From contig OY759316.1 in the NCBI GenBank assembly GCA_963662275.1, positions 2,816,001 to 2,880,000 of the forward strand: DNA of 64,000 nt, read 5' to 3'. The DNA is from Candidatus Cloacimonadales bacterium (lineage in GTDB: Bacteria; Cloacimonadota; Cloacimonadia; Cloacimonadales; DAONDQ01). Of this stretch, positions 29,536 through 38,967 are shown one piece after another (positions within the stretch are counted from its first letter, which is position 1; every line of letters begins with the position of its first letter). A model generated the notes under the pieces. It saw only the letters and a program-made list of their open reading frames with translations, did no database searches and was not told the DNA's origin. Both the position numbers and the translations under genes were made by a program.

Positions 29536-30283
29536 TAATACTACTATCATTAAACTTCGAGAGATGCTGTTAAATGGCATGGCAGATGCCTACCGAAATC
29601 AGGTTAACGATAAATCACTGGAAAACTACAGCTTTGATGAGCGCTTTGGCATGCTGGTTGATATAGAATGGGATAAGCGCAAGAATAATAGGCTTAAACG
29701 TCTGATTCACGGTGCCGGCTTCAAGTTCAGTAACGCGAGCATAGCAGATATTGACTACCATGAAGACAGGAAACTTGATCGTAGTGCAATCGTTGAATTG
29801 GCATCATGTTCATTTATTGGAGAGAATGAGAATATCATCATCACGGGAGCATCAGGAAGCGGTAAAACATGGCTGGCTTGTGCATTTGGCATAGCTGCCT
29901 GCAAGAAGTACTTCACTGTAAAATACGTCCGCCTGCCTGAACTGTTGGATGACCTCGCTGTTAGCCGTTGTGAAGGCGGGCATCAAAGAGTCATAGACAG
30001 ATATGTAAATGCGAAACTGCTGATACTTGATGAATGGCTGTTAACCAGGATAAACGAACAGGAGGCTAAAGATCTCTTTGAAATAGTCGAGATGAGGTAT
30101 TCCAAAGCATCTACGGTCTTGTGCTCTCAGTTCAAAACCGGAGGATGGCACGAGAAGATTGGACAACCCACTCTCGCTGATGCCATCCTTGACCGGCTTG
30201 TTCATAACTCTCACCATATATTTATCGATGGGAAGATGTCAATGAGAGAACGCAAGGGAATAATACAAATCAATAAGAAATAG
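29528..30283 (+). CDS. istB: IS21 ATP-binding helper protein IstB
   Basis: GASGSGKT, LLILDEW, ADAILDRLVH; start overlaps the istA stop. Confidence 0.95.
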   Translation: MTNNTTIIKLREMLLNGMADAYRNQVNDKSLENYSFDERFGMLVDIEWDKRKNNRLKRLIHGAGFKFSNASIADIDYHEDRKLDRSAIVELASCSFIGENENIIITGASGSGKTWLACAFGIAACKKYFTVKYVRLPELLDDLAVSRCEGGHQRVIDRYVNAKLLILDEWLLTRINEQEAKDLFEIVEMRYSKASTVLCSQFKTGGWHEKIGQPTLADAILDRLVHNSHHIFIDGKMSMRERKGIIQINKK

Positions 30284-30305
30284 CCGGTTCCCTCTTAGAT
30301 GCATC

Positions 30306-30358
30306 GTTCCGGCTGCTGCTTCGCTCGGACTACGTCCTCACTCCGCAGCAGCCGGAAC
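30306..30358. terminator. Strong hairpin inside the IS21 right end
   Basis: GTTCCGGCTGCTGC ... GCAGCAGCCGGAAC. Confidence 0.6.
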
Positions 30359-30510
30359 TTCATCCTCCCTAATAAAGTTGATAATATGTAATAAGGCAAT
30401 AAGATACGTCGTGTGGCTCAAAAAGATAATATAGTATGGCTCAATTATAGTGGAGCACTGGATCAACTTAATCGGACAAGGTGGCTTTTCTGAGCGGAAT
30501 ATGCAGATTT

Positions 30511-30604
30511 CCCTATACTCTATTCCCTGTACCCTGTATGCTGTCCGCTGTATGCTGTACCCTGTATGCTGTCCGCTGTACCCTGTCCGCTGTACCCTGT
30601 CCCC
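30511..30604. repeat. Heptamer array (NNCTGTM), about 13 units, abutting the IS21 target site
   Basis: ccctgta ccctgta tgctgtc cgctgta tgctgta ccctgta ... Confidence 0.9.
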
Positions 30605-30626
30605 TTCTGCTGTGTAAGCCACAAGC

Positions 30627-30745
30627 ATTCTACCAAAATCAATGTAAATTCAATCCAACTTGAATCCTATTCTATACTAATCTCAAACCTGTTTCGCGAA
30701 ACAGGAATGAAACTGGTATGAAATTGGTATAATCTTTGGAGATTG
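30627..30745. repeat. 18-bp perfect palindrome flanked by degenerate 11-bp-period arms
   Basis: CCTGTTTCGCGAAACAGG at 30688-30705; ggaatgaaact ggtatgaaatt ggtataatctt. Confidence 0.7.
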
Positions 30746-30856
30746 AGGAAGCAGTGAGTCGTGTGAGTTTGAGACAATCTCTAACATAACAGACAAGACT
30801 GTCTGTGCTGCAATTATTGCAGAAGTTTAAGGTAGGAATTCCATAAGATCGGAATC

Positions 30857-31759
30857 TTATGCCACACTGCCCTTCTTTCTATATCCTATTTGTTGCCAGA
30901 GGATTCCCCCAATAATAAGCAATAACCCACCAATGGTGGAAAGAGCAATCCTTTCATGCAGCACTTGGCTGATGATAACAAGCGAAAGGAAAGGAGTAAT
31001 AAAAACGAGATTGGTGATGCGGGCTGTATTCTTGGTTTTCTGCAGAGCATTGAGCCAGAGAACAAAGGTTAGTCCCATTTCGAAGATACCGATATAGGTT
31101 GCTCCAATAATAGCTTTGAAGGTTGGAACGTGGAATTGACTTGTAATCAAATGATAGAGCAGTATAAAAATGAAACCAAAGCCAAAATTCCATAACAATT
31201 TGACAACTTCATCTCTCTTGTCCCTGACATTATAGAGCCAAAACAAAGCCCAGATGAGAGTTGAAAATAGAGCTAAAAAAACGCCTAGTGGTTCAGCAAA
31301 TTTGAGGGAAGTAAAATTCCCGCGGGTGGCTATCACTAGAGCCCCTGTAAAGCTGATGAAAACACCGCTCAGGTCGAAGAATCTCGGCTTCTGTTTTAAT
31401 AGGGGAATCGAGAGTAAAACCAGCATGACAACCCAGATGTAATTTAATGCTTGGGCTTCTTGTGCTGGAAGTCTGTTATAGGCATTAAGCAGGACAGTAT
31501 AATAAAGAAAAGGATTCAAAAAACCCAATATTGCTGAACGGAGATAGTCCTGCCTTGTTCCTTGAAAGATAAGTTTATGTTTTTTTTGCAGAAAAATGAT
31601 AAAGAAGAGGATAACGAAAGATACGAATGAAGCATAGAGAACTAATTGTTCTGGTGTTTGATAGCGAAGTGATAATTTAAAAGCTGTAGAAATAGTCGAC
31701 CAGAACAGTATCGCTAATAATGCATAAGGATAAGCAGAACTGAAAAGTGGTTTACTCAT
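30857..31759 (-). CDS. EamA/DMT family transporter
   Basis: About 10 hydrophobic segments in two repeats; LFWST, EAQALNYIW. Confidence 0.9.
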   Translation of the reverse strand: MSKPLFSSAYPYALLAILFWSTISTAFKLSLRYQTPEQLVLYASFVSFVILFFIIFLQKKHKLIFQGTRQDYLRSAILGFLNPFLYYTVLLNAYNRLPAQEAQALNYIWVVMLVLLSIPLLKQKPRFFDLSGVFISFTGALVIATRGNFTSLKFAEPLGVFLALFSTLIWALFWLYNVRDKRDEVVKLLWNFGFGFIFILLYHLITSQFHVPTFKAIIGATYIGIFEMGLTFVLWLNALQKTKNTARITNLVFITPFLSLVIISQVLHERIALSTIGGLLLIIGGILWQQIGYRKKGSVA

Positions 31760-31774
31760 GAATGTTGAAACCGT

Positions 31775-32281
31775 TCATCTCCACGAAATATCCTTCTGCA
31801 TCCAGAGTATATCGAAATACTGATCTAGTTTTTTTCCCACATTTTGCAATTTACCACATAGTTTAAAACCATGTTTTTCATGAAATCGAATACTTTGTTC
31901 ATTCTTAGAAGAGATACTGGCTAAAAGAGTTTTAACACCTATAGACATGGCATTCTCTTCTAATGTTGAAAGTAGAGCCGATCCAAGTCCATTCCCTGTA
32001 TGTGCTTTATCCAGAAAATATGAAACTTCGGCAGAATGAGAGAAGCTTTTCATTGGAATAAAGTGTTTCAGCAGGGCAAAACCTACAACCATCCCTTCAT
32101 CAGTTTCTGCAACATAGAAGCCATCATTCTTCACCTGGCTTTTCAGGAGAGCAAAGGCTTGAAGGGGAACCGGGCTATCCGGATAAGCTGCAAAGCTGTT
32201 TTCCACATAATAATTGAAGATCTTGATAATCGCTTCATCATCTTGATCCCGTACTTTTCTGATTCCATAACTGATCATCAT
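31775..32281 (-). CDS. GNAT N-acetyltransferase (phosphinothricin acetyltransferase-like)
   Basis: IFNYYVENS, GNGLGSALL, NEQSIRFHEKHGF, VGKK..WMQK. Confidence 0.9.
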   Translation of the reverse strand: MMISYGIRKVRDQDDEAIIKIFNYYVENSFAAYPDSPVPLQAFALLKSQVKNDGFYVAETDEGMVVGFALLKHFIPMKSFSHSAEVSYFLDKAHTGNGLGSALLSTLEENAMSIGVKTLLASISSKNEQSIRFHEKHGFKLCGKLQNVGKKLDQYFDILWMQKDISWR

Positions 32282-32293
32282 AAACCTGCCTTG

Positions 32294-33508
32294 CTATTGA
32301 TCAATTTCTTTCATTTTTGAGATTAATTTTTTCGGTTGATCTGTATCATACTGGAGAGTTTCACAGTTATTGAAGAGTCTGAAATGATGCAATGATTTTC
32401 CTAAAGCTTTTGACAGATCATTGGTAATTGTGGTTTTCTCTTCCAAGTGGAGATTACGAATAATCAGGGCTTTTGATTTCCGATCCGCTTTCAGATCAAT
32501 TCTTCCTATAAAGTTCCCTTTCCAAAGCATGGGTAAACTCCAATATCCATATATTCGTTTAGCACTGGGTACATAACATTCGATTGTGTAATCGAAATTG
32601 AACAATCTTTTCAAACGAGGACGTAAAATTACCAGATTGTCAAATGGAGATAATAGAAAAACCTGATGAGGATGATTGGTAACAATGTTTACATGATCTT
32701 GACAAAGAGGATACATATAATGAATTTGTTCTAATCCACTAACTCTTATTGGGATTATTTCTTTGTTATCCACCATTTTATTCAGAGCTGCCTTGATGTC
32801 TTTTCCATCTCTTGTATGCATATGGTTTAAGATATCCCATTCTGAAGAAATTCCCTGTGCCAGGATAGCTCTTTGCACATAAAATTCACCGAGTTCAAGA
32901 GGAGTTGGCATTGTTGTATCAATATAAGAAGGAAGAATTCTTTCAGTCAGATCGTAAATCCGCTGGAAATTATGACGCTCTGTTACCATCAGTTCTCCTT
33001 TCCACATCAGTAATTCCAACACAACCTTCGCAGGTTTCCATTCCCACCAGCCCTGTTGCTTTTGCCCTTGACGAGTGTCTTCAAAATCGGAAGCACCCAA
33101 GGGTCCTTCATCTTTGATTCTTTGCAGAATAGCATCACCTAATTTGTGATGTTTCATCCAAAAATCCTTTTCCCAAGGACTAGATTCAGGAAAACGCTTC
33201 ATACGAGGTAGAAAAAAACGATAGTCTGTCATAGGTAAATAGCTGGCGGCATGACCCCAGAATTCAAAGATAGTGCGATCCTTTGCGAGTAAAGTATGTA
33301 ACCAAGACTGGTCATAATTGGGCATCCTCGACCAAATTGTATGATGATGCGCTCGTTCGATGACAGAAACTGTATCGATTTGGATGTAACCAAGTTCATT
33401 GATCATCTTCAATAAGCCTTCTTTATCGCTTGTATCAAGAAAACGATAAAGCTGATTCTCCAAGGCAATTCGACAGGCAGTGAAGATGTCTATTTCCTGA
33501 TATATCAT
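32294..33508 (-). CDS. ycaQ: YcaQ/AlkZ-family (HTH_42) interstrand-crosslink DNA glycosylase
   Basis: IQIDTVSVIERAHH (QxD), FEFWGHAAS, LLSPFDNL, YTIECYVP..KRIYGYW. Confidence 0.88.
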   Translation of the reverse strand: MIYQEIDIFTACRIALENQLYRFLDTSDKEGLLKMINELGYIQIDTVSVIERAHHHTIWSRMPNYDQSWLHTLLAKDRTIFEFWGHAASYLPMTDYRFFLPRMKRFPESSPWEKDFWMKHHKLGDAILQRIKDEGPLGASDFEDTRQGQKQQGWWEWKPAKVVLELLMWKGELMVTERHNFQRIYDLTERILPSYIDTTMPTPLELGEFYVQRAILAQGISSEWDILNHMHTRDGKDIKAALNKMVDNKEIIPIRVSGLEQIHYMYPLCQDHVNIVTNHPHQVFLLSPFDNLVILRPRLKRLFNFDYTIECYVPSAKRIYGYWSLPMLWKGNFIGRIDLKADRKSKALIIRNLHLEEKTTITNDLSKALGKSLHHFRLFNNCETLQYDTDQPKKLISKMKEIDQ

Positions 33509-33605
33509 AAAGCTTCCTTGTAGTACTTCTATTCATAGTTAGAGCAAAGAGTCAAGACAAACCTTGTCGTATTTTAGGGAAATTCAATTTTGTAATAAAT
33601 TTAGT

Positions 33606-33634
33606 TGACCAATTTTTAGGTAATTACATAAAAT
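33606..33634 (+). promoter_or_regulatory. Putative sigma70-type promoter of paralog 4
   Basis: TTGACC ... TAAAAT upstream of the AAGGGGG ribosome-binding site. Confidence 0.55.
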
Positions 33635-33722
33635 GGAACAAAATTGATATGTGAAAAACAGATATAGTTTTATCTGAGAGACAAAAAATATGTACGAAAT
33701 CCATTAATAAGGGGGACTTATT

Positions 33723-36700
33723 ATGAATCCGTTGAAGAAAATTCTGATGCTCATGTTAATATTGAGCACAGTTGCGTCTATCATGGCAACCACCGTCACA
33801 ATTGGGACGGGGACATCATCTCAATATTATCCGATAGACAGGCTTTACAACTACAGTGCAGCGGAAATTGTCTATCTGCAGAGTGAGATTGGCATGTCAG
33901 GAAGTATTAATCGTCTTGCTTTTCAAAAAGTGTCTGGCACTGATATTAATCCTATCCTCGATGTTTCAATCTATATGAAGCAAACTACTGCCACAACCCT
34001 AGCTACGGGTGATTACTCCACTGCTGATTATACATTAGTCTACACTGGACCATTCACCAATACTGCAACAACCGGATGGATGGAAGTAACTCTCACAACA
34101 CCATACACATATTCTAATACTCAGAGTTTGTCCATTCTTGTGGTGAAAGGATTTCAGCAATGGACATCCTCTTGTCCTTATTGGGGCTATACGGCAACTA
34201 CAGATAGCAAATTTAGATATGATTATGATGATGATGCTGCTCCAACAACGCTAACACAATCTCTTAATCGACCGAATATCCAGTTGAACATCGTACCTTT
34301 GGAAGGTCCTGCAGTATTTGCTATGAGTCATAGCGCGATCAATTTCGGAACTTGCTTCATTAATGTGACTACATCAGCAACGACTGTCACTGTTTCCAAT
34401 AATGGTGGAACCCCGATGCATATCACTTCAGCCATACTTGGTGGTGCAAACGCAAGTGTTTTCACTAAAACTGATACTAACACTTATCCGGTTACACTTG
34501 CTGCCGGCGGAAGTATGAGTTTTACCGTGTCTTTCCTGCCACTTCTCGCACAACAATATAATGCTACCGTAACAGTCACTGATGATCTCGCACGTACACC
34601 TCATATACTCACTTTGACAGGTTTAGGTTTTGATAACAACATCACAACTTTCCCCTATGTCAACAGTTTCGATGAAACTGCTTTTCCACCGATTGGGTGG
34701 ACAAATCAAAGAATCGTAGGTACCTATACACCCGGTATCTGGGCAGGTTCAGCAACTGGTGTTAATCCTCCCTGCACACCGCACAGCGGTACGACAATGG
34801 CGTATTATAACAGTTACTCAATATCCGCAAACGTCCACACTGTTCTCTCAACGCCACCATTAACGCTTCCCGGAAATAACTACCGAGTTTCTTTCTGGAT
34901 GTATCGTGATATAAGTACTGCGTATAACACACCCAAATATAGCGATGAAGGTATCAGTGCCTGGTTTGGTACATCTCCGACTGATACTACTTTAGCTGTT
35001 AACTTAGGTTTTATACCACGCGATGCTGTTTTTGCACCTGTTGTAGCAGCCAATGGCTGGTACAAATATGGATTTAATTTTCCTGCAAATTCAGCAGGAG
35101 CTGCTAAATATGTGATTTTAAAAGTTAAAAGTCAATTTGGTAACAACATATTCCTGGATGATGTAACCATCGAATTGCAGCCAACAGGCGTACCCTTGCC
35201 TGCAATGGTTTCATCACCAGCAAATAATGTTATTGATCAGTTCCCAACAATCAGCTTGAATTGGCTGCCTGATGGAACTGGTCCGGCAACCTTGGGATAC
35301 CGTTTATCCTTCGGAACAGACAATCCACCCACAAACGTACTGAATAATAGCGATGTTGCTCTAGTTGCTACTTATACACCAACCTTGCAATTTGGTACAA
35401 CGTACTATTGGAAGGTTGTACCTTATAATGCTCTTGGTAATGCAACCGATTGTCCGATTTGGACATTCACAACTATGGCAGACCCAACTGTGACTACTTT
35501 CCCTTATCTTCAGAACTTTGATAGCGTCACAATTCCTGCCATCCCTGTGGGTTGGTCAAAAATGATAGTATCATCCAGTACAGCGGCTATTACCACGAGT
35601 ACATCTACTCCTAACTCTGCACCGAATAATGTTTTAATAAGCAATTCCGGTGATGCAAATGCAAATGTGGTTCTTGTTTCACCTCCAACCCCTAATGTGG
35701 GTTTGACCCGAATTCGTTTCTGGGCAAAAGGTGCAGCAAATTACGTACTATTAGTGGGAACAGTTACAAATCCCGCAGATCCAACATCATTCTCGGAATT
35801 CCAGACAATTAATCTAACTGCCACATATGCCGAGTACTCGGTTTCTTTCGCCGGCTATGCAGGTCAAGCTCATTATATTGGTTTTAAACATGGACTTGGC
35901 ACAGCATATCAAAGCATCTACCTTGATGACTTCTCTTGGCTCTTGATTCCTACAGGTCCTCAGGTGGAAGTGAATGTGACTAATCTTGCTTACGGTGATA
36001 TTTATAATAATTCCACACCTGTTCGAGTTGTTCAGATAAATAATTCAGGTTTAGCAGATCTCAGCTTTACTGTTGCTACATCTGGACAAACAGTAACAAC
36101 GAACTTAACAGGTACTCAAACGCTTACACCTGGTTCTTCCGTGTCTTGTAATGTGACACTTCACCCGATAGCTGAAGGTGCCTTAACAGGTTCAATTACA
36201 ATCAACTCGAATGATCCACTGACACCGGCTCTTCTAATACCTCTGTCTGCAACAGTGCTTCCTGCACTTGCTCCCGGTTTGATAGAAGTAGGGAACGGGT
36301 CTCTTGTTGAAATAAGTCTTCCTGTCGAACCATATTACAATCATAGTTTTTCTCAAACCATTTATTTGCAAACTGAATTGAATCAGCCAAATAGCAGTAT
36401 CAATTCAATTTTCTATAAATTCAATGGTGCAAGTGCATGGTCTGATACAATGCTAGTATATTTGGGACAAACAACTCGTTCTTCTTTCACAAGCACAACT
36501 GATTATGTTCCAGCAACTGAATTAACACTCGTTTATTCTGGATTACTGACTGTCACGGCTGAGGCAGGTTGGGTTGAAATTCCTCTTGATACCCCTTATA
36601 CTTATGACAACGTCTCTAATCTGGTTGTATGTATCGACAAAGATACACCTTATCATCCAAATGCGAATGATTTCTACTGCGCTGCTGTAACAACAAATCG

Positions 36701-38855
36701 CAGTCTCGAACAACATGCTGATGCAGCGACAAGCAACAGTAATGTTAACAATCCATTAGCCGGAACCTTGAAAATGAATATTCCTGATACTCGGTTCCAA
36801 TTCCATACTTTATCCACTATTCCATTATTTTCCGCGATTCCATCTGTTGTGACTTTTGGACAAGTGAATGTTGACAATACATCAACACCAATCAATGTCC
36901 AAGTTCGTAACGCTGGTGGCGGTACATTAATAATTACTCAACCTATCACATTAACAGGTGTTGATGTTGGTCAATTTGCAATGACAGATACACATACTTA
37001 TCCAGTATCATTAAATGCCGGTCAAAGTATCACTGTCTCTGTTACATTCACTCCAAACAGTGCTGGTGTAAAGAGCGCTCAATTGAATATTACTGATAAT
37101 TTAGTATCTGCCCGTAAAGCAACCCTGAAGTCGTACAAATCTGCTGAGTCTGAACGGTTACTACATGTCATACCTATTTCCGGTTCAGGCAATGACGGTG
37201 TGATACATACATTCCCTTATTCACAGGGATACGAAGAAGAAGCTTTCCCTGCTGGTACGGGTTGGGTAGTAGCTGATGGTGCAAATCCAGGACAAGGATG
37301 GCGTCGTAGAGCAACTGCCGGAAATTCACACAACGGAACAGGTTATGCAGTTGTGGGAACTCTTGCAGGTAATCATTGGATGATGACACCGAAATTCGAA
37401 ATCGGAGCTCAGAGTAATACTTTACGTTATTGGATCAAGGACAGTACAGATACTCCAGATTCAGCAGCAACTTCTGTTGGAGAATATCTGAAAGTACTTG
37501 TTTCAACGACGAATGCTGATTCTTCAAGTTTCGTAACACAATTACATAATTATACGAATTATGATCTTCCATCAACATATCAGGAAATGACATTAGATTT
37601 AACCCCATTTAACGGGCAAAATATTTATCTTTGTTTCCTTAGACACTCAACTGGTGGAAAATTCATTTATGTAGATGATTTCTCTGTCGCTGCTGCTTCA
37701 GGTGTCTTAAATCCACCGACAAACCTGACTTACCAGGTCATTAATGAAAATAATGTCACACTCACTTGGGTTGCTCCTGTACCTGCTACAGGAACAACAT
37801 TAACAGGCTACAAAGTCTATCGGAATGATGCAGCACTTCATACAATCACGGATCCATTAATAGTAACTGATACAGATATTTCTGTTGCATCTGGAACTTA
37901 TACATATAAAGTCAGTGCATTATATCTGCAAGGTGAATCAGGATTTACGGATCCTGTTAGTGTTTCAATCACAGGTGGAAATCCGAATGAACTCATCAAC
38001 GATGGTTTCGATTTCTATCCTGATTTTGCGTTGAACTTCGGATATTGGACAAACCGTGATGTAGATCAGCAAAATACATATAATTTTGCAAATACCACAT
38101 ATCCGAATCTGAATTCACACAAAGCATTCATGGTATTTAATCCTAGTGCAGCAGTACCTCCATTAACAAATCCGATAGCTCATTCCGGGAATAAAATGCT
38201 GGCTGCTTTTGATACACAAGCAGGTTCAAATAATGATTGGTTAATCACACCCAGGCTTCTTCTAGGTGAAGATTCATCCATCAATTTCTGGGCAAAATCA
38301 TATAATGACTTGTTTGGATTGGAACAGTTCACTGTGGCAATTTCTACTACAGACAACAACGCTGCCAGTTTCACAAATGTCATTACTGGTCTAAACCCAG
38401 TATCTGTACCCGCTACTAGTTGGACATATTATGATTACGATTTGTCCAACTATGATGGTCAACATGTCTATATTGCCTTCAGATGTGTTTCAACAAGCTG
38501 TCTTGCCTTACTCCTGGATGATTACAAGGTCATTACTACTAATGGAGTGGGTAATGATGATCCGGCACCTTTACCTACAAATACAGTATTGCTGAGTAAT
38601 TATCCAAACCCATTCAATCCTGAAACGATAATTCGTTATGCGATGAAAGATAAGGGTAATGTATTGATTGAAGTCTATAATACAAGAGGACAGAAAGTAA
38701 CAACTCTTGAAAACAGTGTTCGCAATGCTGGCAACTACTCTGTAAAATGGAGTGGTAAGGATCAGTATGGACATTCTGTTGGCAGTGGTGTTTATTTCTA
38801 TAGGATGAAAACAGGTTCCTATACCAGCACGAAGAAAATGATTCTTCTGCGATAA
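33723..38855 (+). CDS. Modular surface adhesin-like protein, paralog 4 (1710 aa)
   Basis: Signal peptide; shared domain motifs; SNYPNPFNP...KMILLR. Confidence 0.9.
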   Translation: MNPLKKILMLMLILSTVASIMATTVTIGTGTSSQYYPIDRLYNYSAAEIVYLQSEIGMSGSINRLAFQKVSGTDINPILDVSIYMKQTTATTLATGDYSTADYTLVYTGPFTNTATTGWMEVTLTTPYTYSNTQSLSILVVKGFQQWTSSCPYWGYTATTDSKFRYDYDDDAAPTTLTQSLNRPNIQLNIVPLEGPAVFAMSHSAINFGTCFINVTTSATTVTVSNNGGTPMHITSAILGGANASVFTKTDTNTYPVTLAAGGSMSFTVSFLPLLAQQYNATVTVTDDLARTPHILTLTGLGFDNNITTFPYVNSFDETAFPPIGWTNQRIVGTYTPGIWAGSATGVNPPCTPHSGTTMAYYNSYSISANVHTVLSTPPLTLPGNNYRVSFWMYRDISTAYNTPKYSDEGISAWFGTSPTDTTLAVNLGFIPRDAVFAPVVAANGWYKYGFNFPANSAGAAKYVILKVKSQFGNNIFLDDVTIELQPTGVPLPAMVSSPANNVIDQFPTISLNWLPDGTGPATLGYRLSFGTDNPPTNVLNNSDVALVATYTPTLQFGTTYYWKVVPYNALGNATDCPIWTFTTMADPTVTTFPYLQNFDSVTIPAIPVGWSKMIVSSSTAAITTSTSTPNSAPNNVLISNSGDANANVVLVSPPTPNVGLTRIRFWAKGAANYVLLVGTVTNPADPTSFSEFQTINLTATYAEYSVSFAGYAGQAHYIGFKHGLGTAYQSIYLDDFSWLLIPTGPQVEVNVTNLAYGDIYNNSTPVRVVQINNSGLADLSFTVATSGQTVTTNLTGTQTLTPGSSVSCNVTLHPIAEGALTGSITINSNDPLTPALLIPLSATVLPALAPGLIEVGNGSLVEISLPVEPYYNHSFSQTIYLQTELNQPNSSINSIFYKFNGASAWSDTMLVYLGQTTRSSFTSTTDYVPATELTLVYSGLLTVTAEAGWVEIPLDTPYTYDNVSNLVVCIDKDTPYHPNANDFYCAAVTTNRSLEQHADAATSNSNVNNPLAGTLKMNIPDTRFQFHTLSTIPLFSAIPSVVTFGQVNVDNTSTPINVQVRNAGGGTLIITQPITLTGVDVGQFAMTDTHTYPVSLNAGQSITVSVTFTPNSAGVKSAQLNITDNLVSARKATLKSYKSAESERLLHVIPISGSGNDGVIHTFPYSQGYEEEAFPAGTGWVVADGANPGQGWRRRATAGNSHNGTGYAVVGTLAGNHWMMTPKFEIGAQSNTLRYWIKDSTDTPDSAATSVGEYLKVLVSTTNADSSSFVTQLHNYTNYDLPSTYQEMTLDLTPFNGQNIYLCFLRHSTGGKFIYVDDFSVAAASGVLNPPTNLTYQVINENNVTLTWVAPVPATGTTLTGYKVYRNDAALHTITDPLIVTDTDISVASGTYTYKVSALYLQGESGFTDPVSVSITGGNPNELINDGFDFYPDFALNFGYWTNRDVDQQNTYNFANTTYPNLNSHKAFMVFNPSAAVPPLTNPIAHSGNKMLAAFDTQAGSNNDWLITPRLLLGEDSSINFWAKSYNDLFGLEQFTVAISTTDNNAASFTNVITGLNPVSVPATSWTYYDYDLSNYDGQHVYIAFRCVSTSCLALLLDDYKVITTNGVGNDDPAPLPTNTVLLSNYPNPFNPETIIRYAMKDKGNVLIEVYNTRGQKVTTLENSVRNAGNYSVKWSGKDQYGHSVGSGVYFYRMKTGSYTSTKKMILLR

Positions 38856-38871
38856 GGAATAACTAATTAAT

Positions 38872-38908
38872 AAAAAAACGGCGTTCTTTAACCGGGACGC
38901 CGTTTTTT
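38872..38908 (+). terminator. Bidirectional intrinsic terminator
   Basis: AAAAAAACGGCGTTC...GGACGCCGTTTTTT. Confidence 0.85.
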
Positions 38909-38967
38909 ATCAATCCCAAAATAAATGCGGTTTAAATGAACTTGAAACTGAATACCGATAAAACATT

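Larger units (their letters stand above)
27816..30505 (+). mobile_element. IS21-family insertion sequence, 2690 bp
   Basis: Ends TGAATA... / ...TATGCA; internal repeated TTGAGCCA motifs and shared CCAGTGCTCCACTATAATTGAGCCA at both ends; 7-bp target duplication GATTTCC at 27809-27815 and 30506-30512; istA/istB pair. Confidence 0.95.

Noticed and set aside
30338..30663. ORFs with QRTGYS-like repeats (also 16223-16426)
   Set aside because: Translations of heptamer arrays and IS ends; no RBS or family motifs
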